This document shows positions 17,822-28,820 of a stretch of 64,000 nucleotides of DNA, piece by piece. The position numbers and the translations under genes are program-made. Where the stretch lies: positions 24,887-88,886 of the forward strand of contig JBBQHW010000001.1 in NCBI GenBank assembly GCA_038324335.1, written 5' to 3'. This DNA comes from Holophagales bacterium. GTDB taxonomy: Bacteria; Acidobacteriota; Holophagae; Holophagales; Holophagaceae. The notes below the pieces were generated by a model. The model saw nothing but the letters and a program-made list of their open reading frames with translations, was not told where the DNA came from and did not search any database. Numbering within the stretch: the stretch's first letter is position 1; every line of letters begins with the position of its first letter.

Positions 17822-19036
17822 ATGCCTCAAAACGCCGTACTCCTCGGGCTTGATCTCGGTGCAAGCAAAGTGGTGGCGGTGGTGGCCGTCCAGGAGGAAG
17901 ACGGGACGCTGAATGTCACCGGCACCGGTCAGGGTTCCCCCCAGGGCGGCCTGACCCAGGGCCAGATCACCGACATGGAACTCTGCACCCGCGCCATCGT
18001 GCGGGCGGTGGAAGAAGCCATGAGCACCGCCGGCCAGACCAAGGTGAACGGCATCCGCGTGGCCGTGGACGGCATCCAGTTCAAGGGGGAGAACCTCCGG
18101 GATTCCATCACCATTTCCAGCGGCGACAAGATCATCACCGCCGCGGACCGGGACCGCGTGCTGGAGCAGGCCACCAATGGATGCAAGCTGGCCAAGGAGG
18201 AACTGGTCCTCCACCGCATCCCCCAGATGTTCCACATCAAGGGCCAACGGGACATCCGCAATCCGGTGGGCATGTTCGGCGAAACGCTGGAGGCCGAGGT
18301 CCGCATCATCGTGGCGCCCAGCCCCGTGATCATGAACATCCAACTGGCTCTAAAGAACGCCGGCCTGCATGGGGCCGACCTGATGTATTCGCCCCTGGCC
18401 AGCGCCGAGGCCATTCTGAGCCGCGAGGACCGGGTGAATGGCGCGGTAGTGGTGGACATCGGCGAGCACCTCACCCACCTGGGCATCTTCCTGCATGGCA
18501 CCCTCTTCCATTCGGCGGTGATTCCCATCGGCGGCGCCCACTTCACCCGCGACCTGGAGATCACCAAGCACCTGGGCGGCATCACCGCCGCCGAGCGCAT
18601 CAAGATCCGCTTCGGCACGGTGCTCCACAACCAGATCCCCGCCGAGGAGGCCATCGAGCTGGAAGAGGAGGGCCGCATGGTGCCCCGCCGCGAGATCGCC
18701 GAAGTGCTCCAGGCCCGGGCGGCTGAGCTGCTCAACCTCGTGCTGGCCGAGATGGGCCGCACGGGGCTCATGCACGAAATCCATGGCGGCGTGCACCTGG
18801 TGGGCGGCGGCGCCCTGCTCAGCCACCTGCCCATCCTGGCCCAGACCATCCTCGGCCGGCCTCGCGTGGTGCTGGGCCGCATTCAAGGCGTCGTCGGCCT
18901 GCCCCAGGCCACGGGCAATCCCTTCTTCGTGAACGCCCTGGGCGCCGTGAAGGCCCTGTCGCGAGACATGAACGAAGTCCGCGGCAAGCAGGACCGCAGC
19001 GGTGGCTTCCTCGACCGTTTCAAGAAGTTGTTCTAG
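17822..19036 (+). CDS. ftsA: Cell division protein FtsA
   Basis: GLDLGASKV, NPVGMFG, VVDIG, GGAHFTRDL, AERIK, C-terminal amphipathic FLDRFKKLF. Confidence 0.93.
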   Translation: MPQNAVLLGLDLGASKVVAVVAVQEEDGTLNVTGTGQGSPQGGLTQGQITDMELCTRAIVRAVEEAMSTAGQTKVNGIRVAVDGIQFKGENLRDSITISSGDKIITAADRDRVLEQATNGCKLAKEELVLHRIPQMFHIKGQRDIRNPVGMFGETLEAEVRIIVAPSPVIMNIQLALKNAGLHGADLMYSPLASAEAILSREDRVNGAVVVDIGEHLTHLGIFLHGTLFHSAVIPIGGAHFTRDLEITKHLGGITAAERIKIRFGTVLHNQIPAEEAIELEEEGRMVPRREIAEVLQARAAELLNLVLAEMGRTGLMHEIHGGVHLVGGGALLSHLPILAQTILGRPRVVLGRIQGVVGLPQATGNPFFVNALGAVKALSRDMNEVRGKQDRSGGFLDRFKKLF

Positions 19037-19060
19037 TGCCTACCCCTTTCGGGAGCCCCG

Positions 19061-20317
19061 ATGTCTGAGACCCCCTTTCTGCCCTGCCCCCACAGCCTCC
19101 CCGGCGCCAACATCAAGGTGCTGGGCGTGGGCGGCGCGGGCTGCAACGCCATCAACCGCATGATCGAGAGCGGCGTCACCGGCGTGCAGTTCATCGCCAT
19201 GAACACCGACCAGCAGAGCCTCTCCCAGAGCAAGGCCCACCTCAAGCTGCCCCTGGGACCCCAGAGCAGCCGCGGCCTGGGCGCCGGGGGCAGCGCCGAG
19301 CGGGGCGCCGTGGCGGCAGAGGAAAGCCGCGAGGAAGTGCTGGCCGCGCTGCAGGGCGCCGACATGATCTTCATCACCGCGGGCATGGGCGGCGGCACCG
19401 GCACCGGCGCCGCGCCGGTGCTGGCCAGCTTCGCGCGGGAGCTGGGCGCGCTCACGGTGGCGGTGGTGATCACCCCCTTCGCCTGGGAAGGCCGCAAGAA
19501 GGGTGACCTCGCCATGGCCGGGCTGGGCAACCTGCGCGACACTGCGGACACGGTCATCGTCGTCAGCAACGAGCGCCTGAAGAACGTGTGCGACGCCCGC
19601 GTGACCATGAAGGAGGCCTTCCGCGTGGCGGACGGCGTGCTCATCCAGGGCGTGCGCGGCATCGCGGATCTCATCCTCAAGCCAGGGATCATCAACGGCG
19701 ACTTCGCCGACGTGGAGGCCGTCCTGCGCAATGGCGGCGAGGCCCTCATCGGCACCGGCCAGGGCCGCGGCGAGGACGCCGTCATGGACGCCCTGAAGAA
19801 GGCCCTGGCCTGCCCTCTGCTGGAGCGGGCCCAGAGTGGCGCCGCGGCCAACGTCATGGTGTCCATCACCGCCGATTGGGAAGTGATGGAGGCCTCGGCC
19901 ATCGAGACCGCCATGAACTACCTGCAGGATCACTACGCGGGCCGGCCCGACATCAAGGCCTGCACCGTGGAGGGGGAGGGCATGGAGGATCGCGTGATGG
20001 TCACCGTGCTGGCCAGTGGCTTCGACCAGGAGGAAAAGCTGGAACAGGAACGCCGGAGCAGCCTGCACCTGGGCGAGGTCGCGGACGCCGCGCCCGTGCA
20101 GAGTTTCAGCAACGTGCTGCCGGCCATGGCCCAGCCCCTGCCCACCAGCGTGGTCAGCGGCCGCGTCTATGGCGAGGCTCTGGCCCACGAGCAGGGTCCC
20201 ACCCCCACCCGCCTGTTGCCGCAGCCCCCGACGCCCAGTGGCGAAGTGCCCGGCGCCGACGACCTCCACATCCCCGCCATCATGCGCATGGGGCAGGGCC
20301 GGCTGCCCATCGAGTAG
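19061..20317 (+). CDS. ftsZ: Cell division protein FtsZ
   Basis: GVGGAGCNA, GMGGGTGTG signature, NGDFADV, C-terminal DDLHIPAIMR. Confidence 0.97.
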   Translation: MSETPFLPCPHSLPGANIKVLGVGGAGCNAINRMIESGVTGVQFIAMNTDQQSLSQSKAHLKLPLGPQSSRGLGAGGSAERGAVAAEESREEVLAALQGADMIFITAGMGGGTGTGAAPVLASFARELGALTVAVVITPFAWEGRKKGDLAMAGLGNLRDTADTVIVVSNERLKNVCDARVTMKEAFRVADGVLIQGVRGIADLILKPGIINGDFADVEAVLRNGGEALIGTGQGRGEDAVMDALKKALACPLLERAQSGAAANVMVSITADWEVMEASAIETAMNYLQDHYAGRPDIKACTVEGEGMEDRVMVTVLASGFDQEEKLEQERRSSLHLGEVADAAPVQSFSNVLPAMAQPLPTSVVSGRVYGEALAHEQGPTPTRLLPQPPTPSGEVPGADDLHIPAIMRMGQGRLPIE

Positions 20318-20350
20318 GCTCTTCCCGCCTGCGCAGCGGCTGAGGCCCCC

Positions 20351-23300
20351 ATGTCCCACCCCGTGATGAGCCCCCCCCCGGGCACTCAGCTGCTCCGCTA
20401 CGTGGGGGACCGCGTGGGCTTCGCCCTGGCGCACCCCCAGCCGGGGGCTGCCGGTTGGCGGGCCTTCCTGCGCACGAACCTCACGCGCGGGGCGCGCATG
20501 CGCGAGGCGACCCTGGCCTTGCTTGGGGAGGGCGCCACCGACCCGGCGGGTTCCTCCTGGCGCGACATCCCTCTGCCGGCAACAGACGAGGGCTGGGCGC
20601 TGGACCTGGCCCTCACCCAGGCGGGCTACTTCCGCGCCAAGGCCTACTGCGTGGATCCCAACGGTCGCCAGTACTGGCCCGACGGCGAGGATGCGGGTCT
20701 CAGCATCCACCCCGATCGCCTGCGCACAGCCAACACCATCTACTGTGCCTTCCCGCGCATGTTCGGCGGCGCGGCGGCCCGGCAGCGGCCGGATCTCGCC
20801 ACGTCCATCCAGGCCCTGGATGGCGCGGGGTACTCGGTGATTCCCCCCTCGGGCACCCTGCGGGACCTCACGGCCGCCGTGCCCCACATCATGGAGCGCC
20901 TGGGCTGTCGCCTGCTCCACCTGCTGCCCGTGGGGCCCGTGCCCACGACCTTCGCCCGCATGGGCCGCTTCGGCAGCCCCTACGCCCAGCTGGACCTCAC
21001 GGCCATCGATCCGGCCCTGGTGGCCTTCGACCAGCGCACCACCGCAGAGGAGCAGTTCCGAGAATTGACAGCCGCTGTCCACCAGCGGGGCGGCCAGGTC
21101 CTGCTGGACATCCTGGTGAACCACACGGGCTGGGGCTCGCGCCTCCTGGAGAGCAAGCCGGACTGGTTCCGCCGCAACGCGGATGGGACCTTCCACAGTC
21201 CCGGCGCCTGGGGCACCACCTGGGAAGACCTCGTTGAACTGGACCATGGCAGTCCGGCACTGTGGGACGTGGTGGCCCGCTCGCTGCTGACCTGGTGCGG
21301 GCGCGGCGTGGACGGCTTCCGCTGCGATGCGGGCTACATGGTGCCCCTGCCCGCGTGGCAGTACATCACCGCCAAGGTGCATCAGGCCTATCCGGAGACG
21401 ATCTTCCTGCTGGAGGGTCTGGGCGGCGCCTGGGCGACCACCGAGACCCTGCTCACCCAGGGCGGCATGCACTGGGCCTACTCCGAGCTGTTCCAGAACT
21501 ACCAGCCCGGCGAAGTGGCCCACTACCTGGACTACTGCGCGCGGCAGGGGCAGCGGAGAGGGCTGCTGGTGCACTACAGCGAAACCCACGACAACCCCCG
21601 CCTGGCCGGCAAGGGTGCCGCCTGGTCGCTGCTGCGCAACCGCCTTTGCGCCCTGGCGAGCCAGAGCGGTGGCTATGGTTTCACGGCGGGCATGGAGTGG
21701 CTCGCCACGGAGCGCGTGGACGTCCACGATGCCCGGGACCTGGCCTGGGGCGCGGAACCGAACCTGGTCGCGGAACTGGGGGTGCTCAATGGCCTCCTCA
21801 CCGAGCACCCCTGCTTCTTCGACGGCGCCGAAGTCCGCCGCCTCAGCGCGGACGATGCCCCGGTGCTGGCGCTGCTGCGTACCTCCGCCGAGGGACTCGA
21901 TCAGGTGCTCGTGCTGGTGAACCTGGATGCGGAGAGGGGCCAGGCCAGCCCGATTGGGATCAGGGATTGGGCCGCCCTCGGTGATATTCCCCTGGACCTC
22001 CTGGGCCAGCCCCTGCCCGCCAGCAGCCTGTTGCCCCATGGTGGCCGCGAATTGCTGCTGCCCCCCGGCGGAAGCTACTGCCTCGCGGCCCAGGCCCGGC
22101 CCCGGGGCCTGGCCGGCGAAGCCTACCGGAAGACCCGCGCCCAGGCCGCCTGGGCCCTGCAGGCCCTCGCCGCGGTGCATCCGGCCGAGGACATCGGACC
22201 CTGCGCCTGGCGCACTCTGGCGACTCGGGTGGCCCGGGATCCCGAGGCCTTCCTGGCCGCCCTTCCTCACGTCGATGGCGACCTGCTCCGCCGGGATCCC
22301 TTGGCCGCCCTGGACACCGCCCAGGCGCTCCCGGTCTTCCCGACGGTGACCCTCTGGACGGTGGCGGACAGCCGTCGCGTGAGCCTGGTGGCGCCGGACC
22401 ACTGGCTGCTGCTGAGCGATGCTGTACCATTCGACGCCACGCTGAAGATGGAGCACCGGCCCGACCTGCACCTGCGGAGCGTCCCCGTGGAAGGCGCCTT
22501 CGTCGCCGCCATTCCGCCCTGCCCGCGCCGCGAGGGAGAGGCCACCCTCGTCCTCCAACGCCAGGTAGCCAACCCCACGGCAGGCGCCGGAACCGACCCC
22601 GGCATCGTCCTGGCCGGCCTCCGTTTCCTGCCCGAGGCTCCGGCCCCCCCGCAGTCCCAACGCGAGGGCCTGGCCCTGCTCACCAATGGGCGCGGCGGCA
22701 TGGCTCGACTGCACGGGGATCTCGGCGCCATCACCTCGAAGTACGACTGCCTGCTGGCCGCGAACCTGCACCCGACCGCCCCTTCGGAGCGACAGGTCCT
22801 GGCCAAGCGCCTGCGGGCCTGGGTGAATGCGGACGGTTTCATCACCCCCCTCGACGGCGGCAACCTGGTGGCCTTCGAACCCGGCCCTCCGGCCCGCTGG
22901 ACCTTTGTGGCCAGCGCCGGCGATGGGCGGCAGGTGGAGGTCCACCTTGACGCGGACATGCCCGCGGGCCAGAACGCCGTGGTGCTGCGGTGGTCGCGCC
23001 CCAAGGCCGCCGGCACGGAGACGGACCTGCCCGCCCGGCACCAGGTGCGGCTCACGGTGCGCCTGGACCTGGAGGATCGTTCCTTCCATGGGGAGACGCG
23101 CCTCGATGCAGGCTTGGAAGCCCACTTCCAGGCCTCCCTGCGGTCGCTGGAAGGCGGCATCGGGTTCCGCTTCACGCCCGGGCCGGACCGCCCGTTGCGA
23201 GTCTGGGCGGAGACCGGTGTCTACCACTCGCAGCCCGAGGCCTGTCGCGGCATCCAGCATCCCGTGGAGCAGTCGCGGGGCCTGGCGGGTTCAGGGGATG

Positions 23301-24619
23301 CCTGGAGCCCCGGCTGGTTTGACCTGTCGCTGCCGCCGGGTTCCCAGGTCCGAATGATGCTCAGCGTCGAGTCGGAAGACCCACTGTCCTCGCCACGCCA
23401 AGCGGCCACCGAGGTGCTTGATTTCCCAGGGCGGCTGCGCCTGGCCCTGCAGGCCTTCCTGGCCCGTCGCGACGATGGGCTCACCGTCATCGCAGGCTAT
23501 CCCTGGTTCCTGGACTGGGGCCGCGACACGCTCATCGCTTGCCGGGGCCTGCTGGCGGCGGGGCAGTCCGAGGAGGCCGGGCTCATCCTGCGCACCTTCG
23601 CGGCCCTGGAGGATCGGGGTACCCTGCCCAACATGCTCGGGGCCGGGCATACCGCCGACCGGGACACTTCAGACGCCCCCCTCTGGCTGGCCGTGGCCTG
23701 CGAGGAGGCCGCGCAGCAGCTGGGGCCGGCCTTCTTCCAGGCCCAGGCCGGCGACCGCACCGTGGCCGAAGTGCTCACCTCCCTGGGCGAGCACCTGCGG
23801 GTCGGCGCGCTCAACGGCGTCCGCATGGATCCCGCCTCGAGCCTGCTCTGGAGTCCCGCGCACTTCACCTGGATGGACACGCGCTATCCCATGGGCACGC
23901 CCCGCGAAGGCTACCCGGTGGAGATCCAGGCCCTGTGGCTCCGCCTGCTGCGGCTGCTGGCGCTCATCGGCGCGCCCAGCGACGGCGAGCCCTGGTCAAC
24001 CACCGCCGACCGGGCCGAAGCCTCGCTCGAAGCCTTCTGGCTTGAGGACCGGGGCTGGTTTGCGGACGTGCTGCTGGCGGGTCCCCGCGTGGCCGCCCGG
24101 GAAGCCACGCCGGCGGACCACCTGCGACCCAACCAACTCTTCCTTGTGGCGCTTGGGCTGGTGACCGGCGACCGGGCCCGCCGCTGCGTGGCCGCCTGCG
24201 CCCGCCACCTGCTGGTGCCTGGCGGCCTGCGCAGTCTCGCGCCCCTGCCGGTCACGGTGCCCCTGCTCATTCCGGCGCCCTGGGGCGGCACGCTCAACGA
24301 GCCCCTGCAGCCCTACCAGGGGCGCTACGAAGGCGACGAAGACACCCGCCGCAAACCCGCCTATCACAATGGCACTGCCTGGGTCTGGCAGCTGCCGCTG
24401 CTCTGCGAGGCCCTGGACCAGGCCTGGGAGGGGGAGCCCGCGGCCCGCGCCACCGCCCGCGCCTGGCTGATCTCGCTCGCGCCCCTGCTGGATTCGGGCT
24501 GCCTGGGCCAGCTGCCGGAGATCCTGGACGGCGATGCCCCCCACACGGCGCGCGGCTGTGATGCCCAGGCCTGGAGCGTCAGCGAGGCCCTGCGGGTTTG
24601 GGAGGGCCTGGTCCGCTGA
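20351..24619 (+). CDS. Large glycogen debranching enzyme (alpha-amylase GH13-like plus amylo-alpha-1,6-glucosidase domains)
   Basis: LDILVNH, DGFRCDA, THDN; C-terminal AGYPWFLDWGRDTLI, TWMDT, AYHNGTAW, QAWSVSE. Confidence 0.85.
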   Translation: MSHPVMSPPPGTQLLRYVGDRVGFALAHPQPGAAGWRAFLRTNLTRGARMREATLALLGEGATDPAGSSWRDIPLPATDEGWALDLALTQAGYFRAKAYCVDPNGRQYWPDGEDAGLSIHPDRLRTANTIYCAFPRMFGGAAARQRPDLATSIQALDGAGYSVIPPSGTLRDLTAAVPHIMERLGCRLLHLLPVGPVPTTFARMGRFGSPYAQLDLTAIDPALVAFDQRTTAEEQFRELTAAVHQRGGQVLLDILVNHTGWGSRLLESKPDWFRRNADGTFHSPGAWGTTWEDLVELDHGSPALWDVVARSLLTWCGRGVDGFRCDAGYMVPLPAWQYITAKVHQAYPETIFLLEGLGGAWATTETLLTQGGMHWAYSELFQNYQPGEVAHYLDYCARQGQRRGLLVHYSETHDNPRLAGKGAAWSLLRNRLCALASQSGGYGFTAGMEWLATERVDVHDARDLAWGAEPNLVAELGVLNGLLTEHPCFFDGAEVRRLSADDAPVLALLRTSAEGLDQVLVLVNLDAERGQASPIGIRDWAALGDIPLDLLGQPLPASSLLPHGGRELLLPPGGSYCLAAQARPRGLAGEAYRKTRAQAAWALQALAAVHPAEDIGPCAWRTLATRVARDPEAFLAALPHVDGDLLRRDPLAALDTAQALPVFPTVTLWTVADSRRVSLVAPDHWLLLSDAVPFDATLKMEHRPDLHLRSVPVEGAFVAAIPPCPRREGEATLVLQRQVANPTAGAGTDPGIVLAGLRFLPEAPAPPQSQREGLALLTNGRGGMARLHGDLGAITSKYDCLLAANLHPTAPSERQVLAKRLRAWVNADGFITPLDGGNLVAFEPGPPARWTFVASAGDGRQVEVHLDADMPAGQNAVVLRWSRPKAAGTETDLPARHQVRLTVRLDLEDRSFHGETRLDAGLEAHFQASLRSLEGGIGFRFTPGPDRPLRVWAETGVYHSQPEACRGIQHPVEQSRGLAGSGDAWSPGWFDLSLPPGSQVRMMLSVESEDPLSSPRQAATEVLDFPGRLRLALQAFLARRDDGLTVIAGYPWFLDWGRDTLIACRGLLAAGQSEEAGLILRTFAALEDRGTLPNMLGAGHTADRDTSDAPLWLAVACEEAAQQLGPAFFQAQAGDRTVAEVLTSLGEHLRVGALNGVRMDPASSLLWSPAHFTWMDTRYPMGTPREGYPVEIQALWLRLLRLLALIGAPSDGEPWSTTADRAEASLEAFWLEDRGWFADVLLAGPRVAAREATPADHLRPNQLFLVALGLVTGDRARRCVAACARHLLVPGGLRSLAPLPVTVPLLIPAPWGGTLNEPLQPYQGRYEGDEDTRRKPAYHNGTAWVWQLPLLCEALDQAWEGEPAARATARAWLISLAPLLDSGCLGQLPEILDGDAPHTARGCDAQAWSVSEALRVWEGLVR

Positions 24620-24661
24620 ATCCGCAGGCCCGCTCCAGGACTCTGCACCCTAGAATGGTCC

Positions 24662-26590
24662 ATGGAACCGCTCCGCAGCGCCTCGACCCTTGGCGACCTT
24701 GATTTGCACTTGCTGGGCGAAGGGACCCACCTCCGGGCCTACGAAAAGCTGGGGGCCCACCCCCGGACCTTGAATGGGATCGAAGGCGTCAGCTTCGCCA
24801 TCTGGGCGCCGAACGCCCGCTCCGTGAGCGTCGTGGGGGACTTCAACGGGTGGGATGGCCGCGCCCATCCCATGGCGCAGGTGGGGCCCAACGGCTTCTG
24901 GGCAACCTTCGTGCCGGGGCTGGTGTCGGGCATGCTCTACAAGTTCGAGTTGCACGGGCCCGACGGCAAGCTGCTGCCCCTCAAGGCTGATCCCTATGCC
25001 TTCCGCTGCGAACGCGCGCCCGGCACGGCCTCCATCGTCCACGGGCTGCAGGCCCATGCCTGGAACGATGACCCGTGGCTGGCCCAGCGTCGGCAGACGA
25101 AGGCCCACCAGGCGCCCCTCAGCATCTACGAACTCCACCTGGGCTCCTGGCGGCGGCGGCCCGACGGCTCCTTCATGAGCTACCGGGAGATCGCCGCGGA
25201 TCTGGCGCCCTATGCCAGCTGGCTGGGCTTCACCCATGTGCAGCTGCTGCCCGTCACCGAACATCCCTTCGATCCCTCCTGGGGCTATCAGCCGCTGGGC
25301 ATGTTCGCACCCACCAGCCGCTTCGGGGGGCCCGAGGACTTCAAGGCCTTCGTGGACACGCTGCACCAGGCGGGCCTGGGCGTCATCCTCGATTGGGTGC
25401 CCGCCCACTTCCCGGAGGATGCCCACGGCTTGGGCAACTTCGACGGCACCCACCTCTACGAACACGCGGATCCGCGCCAGGGCCGCCACATGGACTGGGG
25501 CACGCTGATCTACAACTTCGGCCGCGCGGAGGTGCAGAACTACCTCATCTCCAACGCCCTGTTCTGGCTGGACCAATTCCACGTGGACGGCCTGCGGGTG
25601 GATGCGGTGGCCTCCATGCTCTACCTGGACTACAGCCGCGAGGCGGGCCAGTGGATTCCCAACCGCCATGGCGGCCGCGAGAACCTGGAGGCCGTGGCCT
25701 TCCTGCGGCGCCTCAACGAAATGGTCTATGCCCAGTTCCCGGACACCTTCACCGTGGCCGAGGAATCCACCGCCTGGCCGGGCGTGTCGCGGCCCACGGA
25801 CCAGGGCGGCCTGGGCTTCGGCTTCAAGTGGGACATGGGCTGGATGCACGACACCCTGCGCTACCTGGGCGAGGGCATGATGGCCCGGCCCCACCACCAC
25901 AACGACATCACCTTCTCCATGCTCTACCACGACGCAGAGAACTACGTGCTGCCCCTCTCCCATGACGAGGTGGTGCATGGCAAGCGCAGTCTCGTGGGCC
26001 GCATGCCAGGCAATCCCTGGGAGCGGCTGGCGAACCTGCGCCTGCTCTACGCCTGGCTCTTCGCCCATGGCGGCAAGAAGCTGCTCTTCATGGGCGGCGA
26101 GTTCGCGCAGGGGCGGGAATGGAACCACGACACCGCCCTGGATTGGGGCCTGCTGGACCAGCCGGACCACAAGGGCATCCACGATCTGGTGCGCGACCTC
26201 AACGGGCTCTACCGCCAGCACCCGGCCCTGTACGAGGGCGACTGCCAGCCCGGCGGGTTCTCCTGGATCGACTGCGGCGACCGCTTCAACAGCGTGCTCA
26301 CGCTGCTGCGCAAGGCTGCGGATCCCGGCGACTTCGTGGTCATCGCCTTCAACTTCACCGCCCTGTCCCAGCACGGCTACCGCGTCGGCGTGCCTAACCC
26401 CGGCACCTATTCCGAACTCCTGAATACGGATTCCACCTACTACGGCGGACGGAACGAAGGCAACACGGGCCAGGTCAAAACCGAACCCATTCCCGCCCAC
26501 GGTTTCCCCCAGTCCCTGAACCTGACCCTGCCGCCCCTGGCGGCCATCTTCCTGCAACCCGGGCCCCCGCTGCCTCCGCCAAACCGCTAG
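24662..26590 (+). CDS. glgB: 1,4-alpha-glucan branching enzyme
   Basis: [51 protein letters not shown]. Confidence 0.96.
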   Translation: MEPLRSASTLGDLDLHLLGEGTHLRAYEKLGAHPRTLNGIEGVSFAIWAPNARSVSVVGDFNGWDGRAHPMAQVGPNGFWATFVPGLVSGMLYKFELHGPDGKLLPLKADPYAFRCERAPGTASIVHGLQAHAWNDDPWLAQRRQTKAHQAPLSIYELHLGSWRRRPDGSFMSYREIAADLAPYASWLGFTHVQLLPVTEHPFDPSWGYQPLGMFAPTSRFGGPEDFKAFVDTLHQAGLGVILDWVPAHFPEDAHGLGNFDGTHLYEHADPRQGRHMDWGTLIYNFGRAEVQNYLISNALFWLDQFHVDGLRVDAVASMLYLDYSREAGQWIPNRHGGRENLEAVAFLRRLNEMVYAQFPDTFTVAEESTAWPGVSRPTDQGGLGFGFKWDMGWMHDTLRYLGEGMMARPHHHNDITFSMLYHDAENYVLPLSHDEVVHGKRSLVGRMPGNPWERLANLRLLYAWLFAHGGKKLLFMGGEFAQGREWNHDTALDWGLLDQPDHKGIHDLVRDLNGLYRQHPALYEGDCQPGGFSWIDCGDRFNSVLTLLRKAADPGDFVVIAFNFTALSQHGYRVGVPNPGTYSELLNTDSTYYGGRNEGNTGQVKTEPIPAHGFPQSLNLTLPPLAAIFLQPGPPLPPPNR

Positions 26591-26600
26591 GAATCACCGT

Positions 26601-28727
26601 ATGGAAAAGCTCATCCCCAAGCTTCAGAAGCTCACCCAGAACCTCTGGTGGACCTGGAAACCCGAGGTGCGGACGATCTTCCGCGACCTGGACCTGGAGC
26701 TGTACCACAAGGCCCACCAGAACCCCATGTCCGTGCTGAAGCAGATCGCCCCCCAAGCGCTGGAGCGGCGGGCCGCGGATGTCGACGTGCCCGCCCGGGT
26801 GGACCGCGCCCTGCGCCAGCTGCAGGAATACTGCACGCCCGTCACCACCTGGGGCCTCACCCACGCGGGGGCGATGCGGTCGCGACCCGTCGCCTATTTC
26901 TGCATGGAGTTCGGCATCCACGAATCCCTGCCCATCTATTCCGGCGGCCTGGGCATCCTCGCCGGCGACCACCTGAAGTCCGCTTCGGACCTGGGCGTGC
27001 CCCTGGTGGGCGTGGGTCTGCTCTACCACGAGGGCTACACGAGCCAGGTGCTGGACGCCAACCTGTGGCAGCAGGATGTGGTGGAGCCCTTCGACATCGC
27101 GGACCTGCCCCTGGTCCCCGCCGTGGACCGCCATGGCGAGCCCGTCTACGTCGCCGTGGAACTGCCCGGACGCGTGGTCCATGCCGCGGTGCTGGAAGTG
27201 CGGGTGGGCCGCATCCGCCTCATCCTGCTGGATACCCGCGTCAAGAAGAACGAACCCCAGGACGTGGCCCTGACCGCCCGCCTCTACGGCGGCGACCAGC
27301 GCATGCGCATCCAGCAGGAGCTGCTGCTGGGCGTGGGCGGCGCCCGGGCTTTGCGAGCCCTGGACATCTCGGCCAGCGTGTTCCACCTCAACGAGGGCCA
27401 TTCCGCCTTCTCCCTCCTGGAGCGCGCGCGGTACCGCATCCAGGTGGACGGCATGGAGCCCCATAAGGCTTTGCTGGAGGTGGCCTCCGCCTCGGTGTTC
27501 ACCACCCATACGCCCGTGGATGCTGGCCACGATCGCTTCCCCGCCGACCTGGCCGCGGAGCACCTGCGGCCCCTGGCTGAGGGCCTGAAGCTCCCCCTCG
27601 ACGAGGTGATGGGCCTGGGCCGGGTGAATTCCCACGACCACGGGTCCCCCTTCATGCCCACGGTGCTGGCCCTCAAGCTGACCCGCCGGGCCAACGGCGT
27701 CTCGGCCCTCCACGGCGTGGTGTCCCGGAAGATGTGGCATCACCTCTACCCGGGGCTGCGGGAAGAGGCCGTGCCCATCGGCCACGTCACCAACGGTGTC
27801 CACCTGCCCACCTGGCTGGCCACCGAAATGAACCACCTCTACGAGGCCCACCTGGGCGTGGACTACCAGGCTTCCCTCACGCGTCCCGCCACCTGGTCGC
27901 GGATCGTGTCCGTGTCGTCCGCCGAGATCTGGGAGACCAAGCAGGTGCTGAAGGCTCGCACCATCCGTTTCATTCGGGAACGCAGCGCCGCCACCCGCGA
28001 GCGCCTGAGCCTGCCCCCCATCGAGCCCGCGCCGCTGGATCCGGACGCCCTCACCATCGGCTTCGCCCGCCGCTTCGTGCCCTACAAACGTCCGGACCTG
28101 CTCTTCACGGATCTGGACCGTCTGGACCGGCTGGTAAACCACCCCGAGCGCCCCGTGAACCTGGTCTTCTCGGGCCGGGCCCATCCGGCGGACACCACGG
28201 GCAAGGCCCTCATCCAAAAGGTGGCGCAGATCCTGGAGGATCCGCGCTTCCGCCACCGCATCGTCTTCCTCGAGAACTACAACATCCACGTGGGCCGCAT
28301 GCTCTACCAGGGCATCGACGCCTGGCTCAACAATCCCCAGCGGCCCCTGGAGGCCTGCGGCACCAGCGGCATGAAGGTGGTGCTCAACGGCGGCCTGCAC
28401 ATCTCCGTACGGGACGGGTGGTGGGCCGAAGCCTACGACGGCGACAACGGCTTCGCCATCGGCACGGGGGAGATCCACGCGAACCAGGCCGTCCAGGACG
28501 AGCGCGACGCCGAAGACCTCTTCCGCCTGCTGGAGGAGGAAGTGGTGCCGATGTACTACGAGAAGCGCAACGCCGCCGGTGTGCCCCGCTGCTGGGTGGA
28601 CCGCATCAAGAACTCCATCCGCACCCTGGCCTGGCGCTTCAACGCCGACCGCATGGTGCAGGACTACGTGGAGCATCTCTACCTGCCGGCCGCCGTTGGC
28701 AGCAGCTGCCAGATGCCGCCGCCCTGA
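26601..28727 (+). CDS. glgP: Alpha-glucan phosphorylase
   Basis: NLWWTW, YSGGLGILAGD, HLNEGH, FARRF..YKR, EACGTSGMK. Confidence 0.95.
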   Translation: MEKLIPKLQKLTQNLWWTWKPEVRTIFRDLDLELYHKAHQNPMSVLKQIAPQALERRAADVDVPARVDRALRQLQEYCTPVTTWGLTHAGAMRSRPVAYFCMEFGIHESLPIYSGGLGILAGDHLKSASDLGVPLVGVGLLYHEGYTSQVLDANLWQQDVVEPFDIADLPLVPAVDRHGEPVYVAVELPGRVVHAAVLEVRVGRIRLILLDTRVKKNEPQDVALTARLYGGDQRMRIQQELLLGVGGARALRALDISASVFHLNEGHSAFSLLERARYRIQVDGMEPHKALLEVASASVFTTHTPVDAGHDRFPADLAAEHLRPLAEGLKLPLDEVMGLGRVNSHDHGSPFMPTVLALKLTRRANGVSALHGVVSRKMWHHLYPGLREEAVPIGHVTNGVHLPTWLATEMNHLYEAHLGVDYQASLTRPATWSRIVSVSSAEIWETKQVLKARTIRFIRERSAATRERLSLPPIEPAPLDPDALTIGFARRFVPYKRPDLLFTDLDRLDRLVNHPERPVNLVFSGRAHPADTTGKALIQKVAQILEDPRFRHRIVFLENYNIHVGRMLYQGIDAWLNNPQRPLEACGTSGMKVVLNGGLHISVRDGWWAEAYDGDNGFAIGTGEIHANQAVQDERDAEDLFRLLEEEVVPMYYEKRNAAGVPRCWVDRIKNSIRTLAWRFNADRMVQDYVEHLYLPAAVGSSCQMPPP

Positions 28728-28820
28728 AACATTAAGGGACCTCGAGAGCGCCAGAAATGTGACGGAAAAATCTCGGTGTCGTGAACCGGGTGACCCATAT
28801 TGGATGCCGGGGTATCCATC

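Noticed and set aside
19040-23260. 1406-aa minus-strand ORF and similar long antisense ORFs (e.g. 26475-29477, 24650-26557, 31569-33788, 39466-41661)
   Set aside because: Shadow frames opposite well-supported genes in high-GC DNA; no recognisable motifs
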